Of a stretch of 64,000 nt of DNA, positions 63,257-64,000 are shown one piece after another. The notes beneath the pieces are model-generated. The model did not search any database. It was not told the DNA's origin and was given only the letters and a program-made list of their open reading frames with translations. Both the position numbers and the translations under genes were made by a program. Each line of letters begins with the position of its first letter. Position 1 is the stretch's first letter. The DNA is from a phage, in sequence record PZ445527.1; one strand, written 5' to 3'.

Positions 63257-64000
63257 GACACTAAAATTTAGTAACGTTATGTCTTACGGTAAGGACATCG
63301 TAATTCATTTCGATAAGAATCCAGTTACTCAACTAATTGGTGGCAATGGGCTAGGGAAATCCACCATCGCTACTGTTATCGAGGAATTGTTTTATAACAA
63401 GAACTCTCGAGGTATCAAGAAGGATGCTCTATTCTCTTGGAATGCCCCTAAGAAAGAATATGATATGCACGCTTATTTCTCGAAAGATGATGATGAGTAT
63501 GAATTGCATAAAGTAGTTAAATCAACTGCTAAGGTTACACTCATTAAGAATGGAGAAGATATTAGTGGGCATACGGCAACCCAAACATATAAGATGATTG
63601 AAGAAATTATGGGTGGTGACTTTCAAACGTTCACCAAACTGATTTATCAATCAGTGGGTTCCAACCTAGATTTTCTAAAAGCAACAGATGCAACACGTAA
63701 GGCTTTTCTTGTCAACTTGTTTAATCAAGAACAATACAAAGAAATGTCGGAAACTATTAAGGCTGACCGTAAAGAAATAGCAAATACCTTAAATAATTTG
63801 CAGGGCCAAATGGCTGTAATTACGAAAATCCTTAATGGAAAAAATAATCTAGGAACTTTGCAGGAACCTGTAGAAGTACCGGAGTTTGATGAAGAGCCAT
63901 TAGCACAAGAACTTACTGAATCGAAAATTAAGGCGGCATTAGCCAAGTCTCAAGAGGCTAATATTACTAAGTTGCGTAATTTGGACAAAGCTGTACAAGT
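63237..64000 (+). CDS. SbcC/Rad50-like ATPase (T5 D13-like), 5-prime partial
   Basis: ATG at 63237 overlaps sbcD end; N-terminal Walker A GGNGLGKST; ORF runs off the window end. Confidence 0.8.
   Translation, partial: MSKITIKTLKFSNVMSYGKDIVIHFDKNPVTQLIGGNGLGKSTIATVIEELFYNKNSRGIKKDALFSWNAPKKEYDMHAYFSKDDDEYELHKVVKSTAKVTLIKNGEDISGHTATQTYKMIEEIMGGDFQTFTKLIYQSVGSNLDFLKATDATRKAFLVNLFNQEQYKEMSETIKADRKEIANTLNNLQGQMAVITKILNGKNNLGTLQEPVEVPEFDEEPLAQELTESKIKAALAKSQEANITKLRNLDKAVQ

Overview
This window reads as the early/replication region of a T5-like (Tequintavirus-type) lytic phage; all calls are from reading the sequence and translated ORFs by eye, with no searches run. Positions 1-37800 are transcribed on the minus strand: lysis genes (holin, L-Ala-D-Glu peptidase endolysin, candidate spanin pair), ClpP-like protease, dNMP kinase, a GrcA-like glycyl-radical protein, a tRNA cluster at about 14.3-22.6 kb with embedded HNH endonuclease and small ORFs, RNase H, thymidylate synthase, DHFR, NrdB, an intein-containing NrdA and PhoH. 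From 38000 onward genes are on the plus strand: anaerobic RNR NrdD, a Sir2-like protein, a frameshifted HAD-like phosphatase, a large P-loop replication protein, an NAD-dependent DNA ligase split into two genes by a GIY-YIG endonuclease gene, DnaB-like helicase, primase, family A DNA polymerase, SF2 helicase, and SbcD/SbcC-like nucleases. About 25 copies of a sigma70-type promoter (TTGCTT/TTGCTA, 17 nt spacer, TATAAT, conserved AT-rich leader) punctuate both strands, one being a near copy of the T5 PN25 promoter. Ten homing-endonuclease-type elements are present. No single clearly novel multi-gene system was identified; the best leads are a NADAR-domain protein, the Sir2-like protein, the GrcA/NrdD anaerobic pair, several promoter-driven non-coding stretches, and unresolved tRNA-like elements. 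tRNA coordinates were derived manually and may be off by a few nucleotides; several tRNA-like stretches could not be folded.
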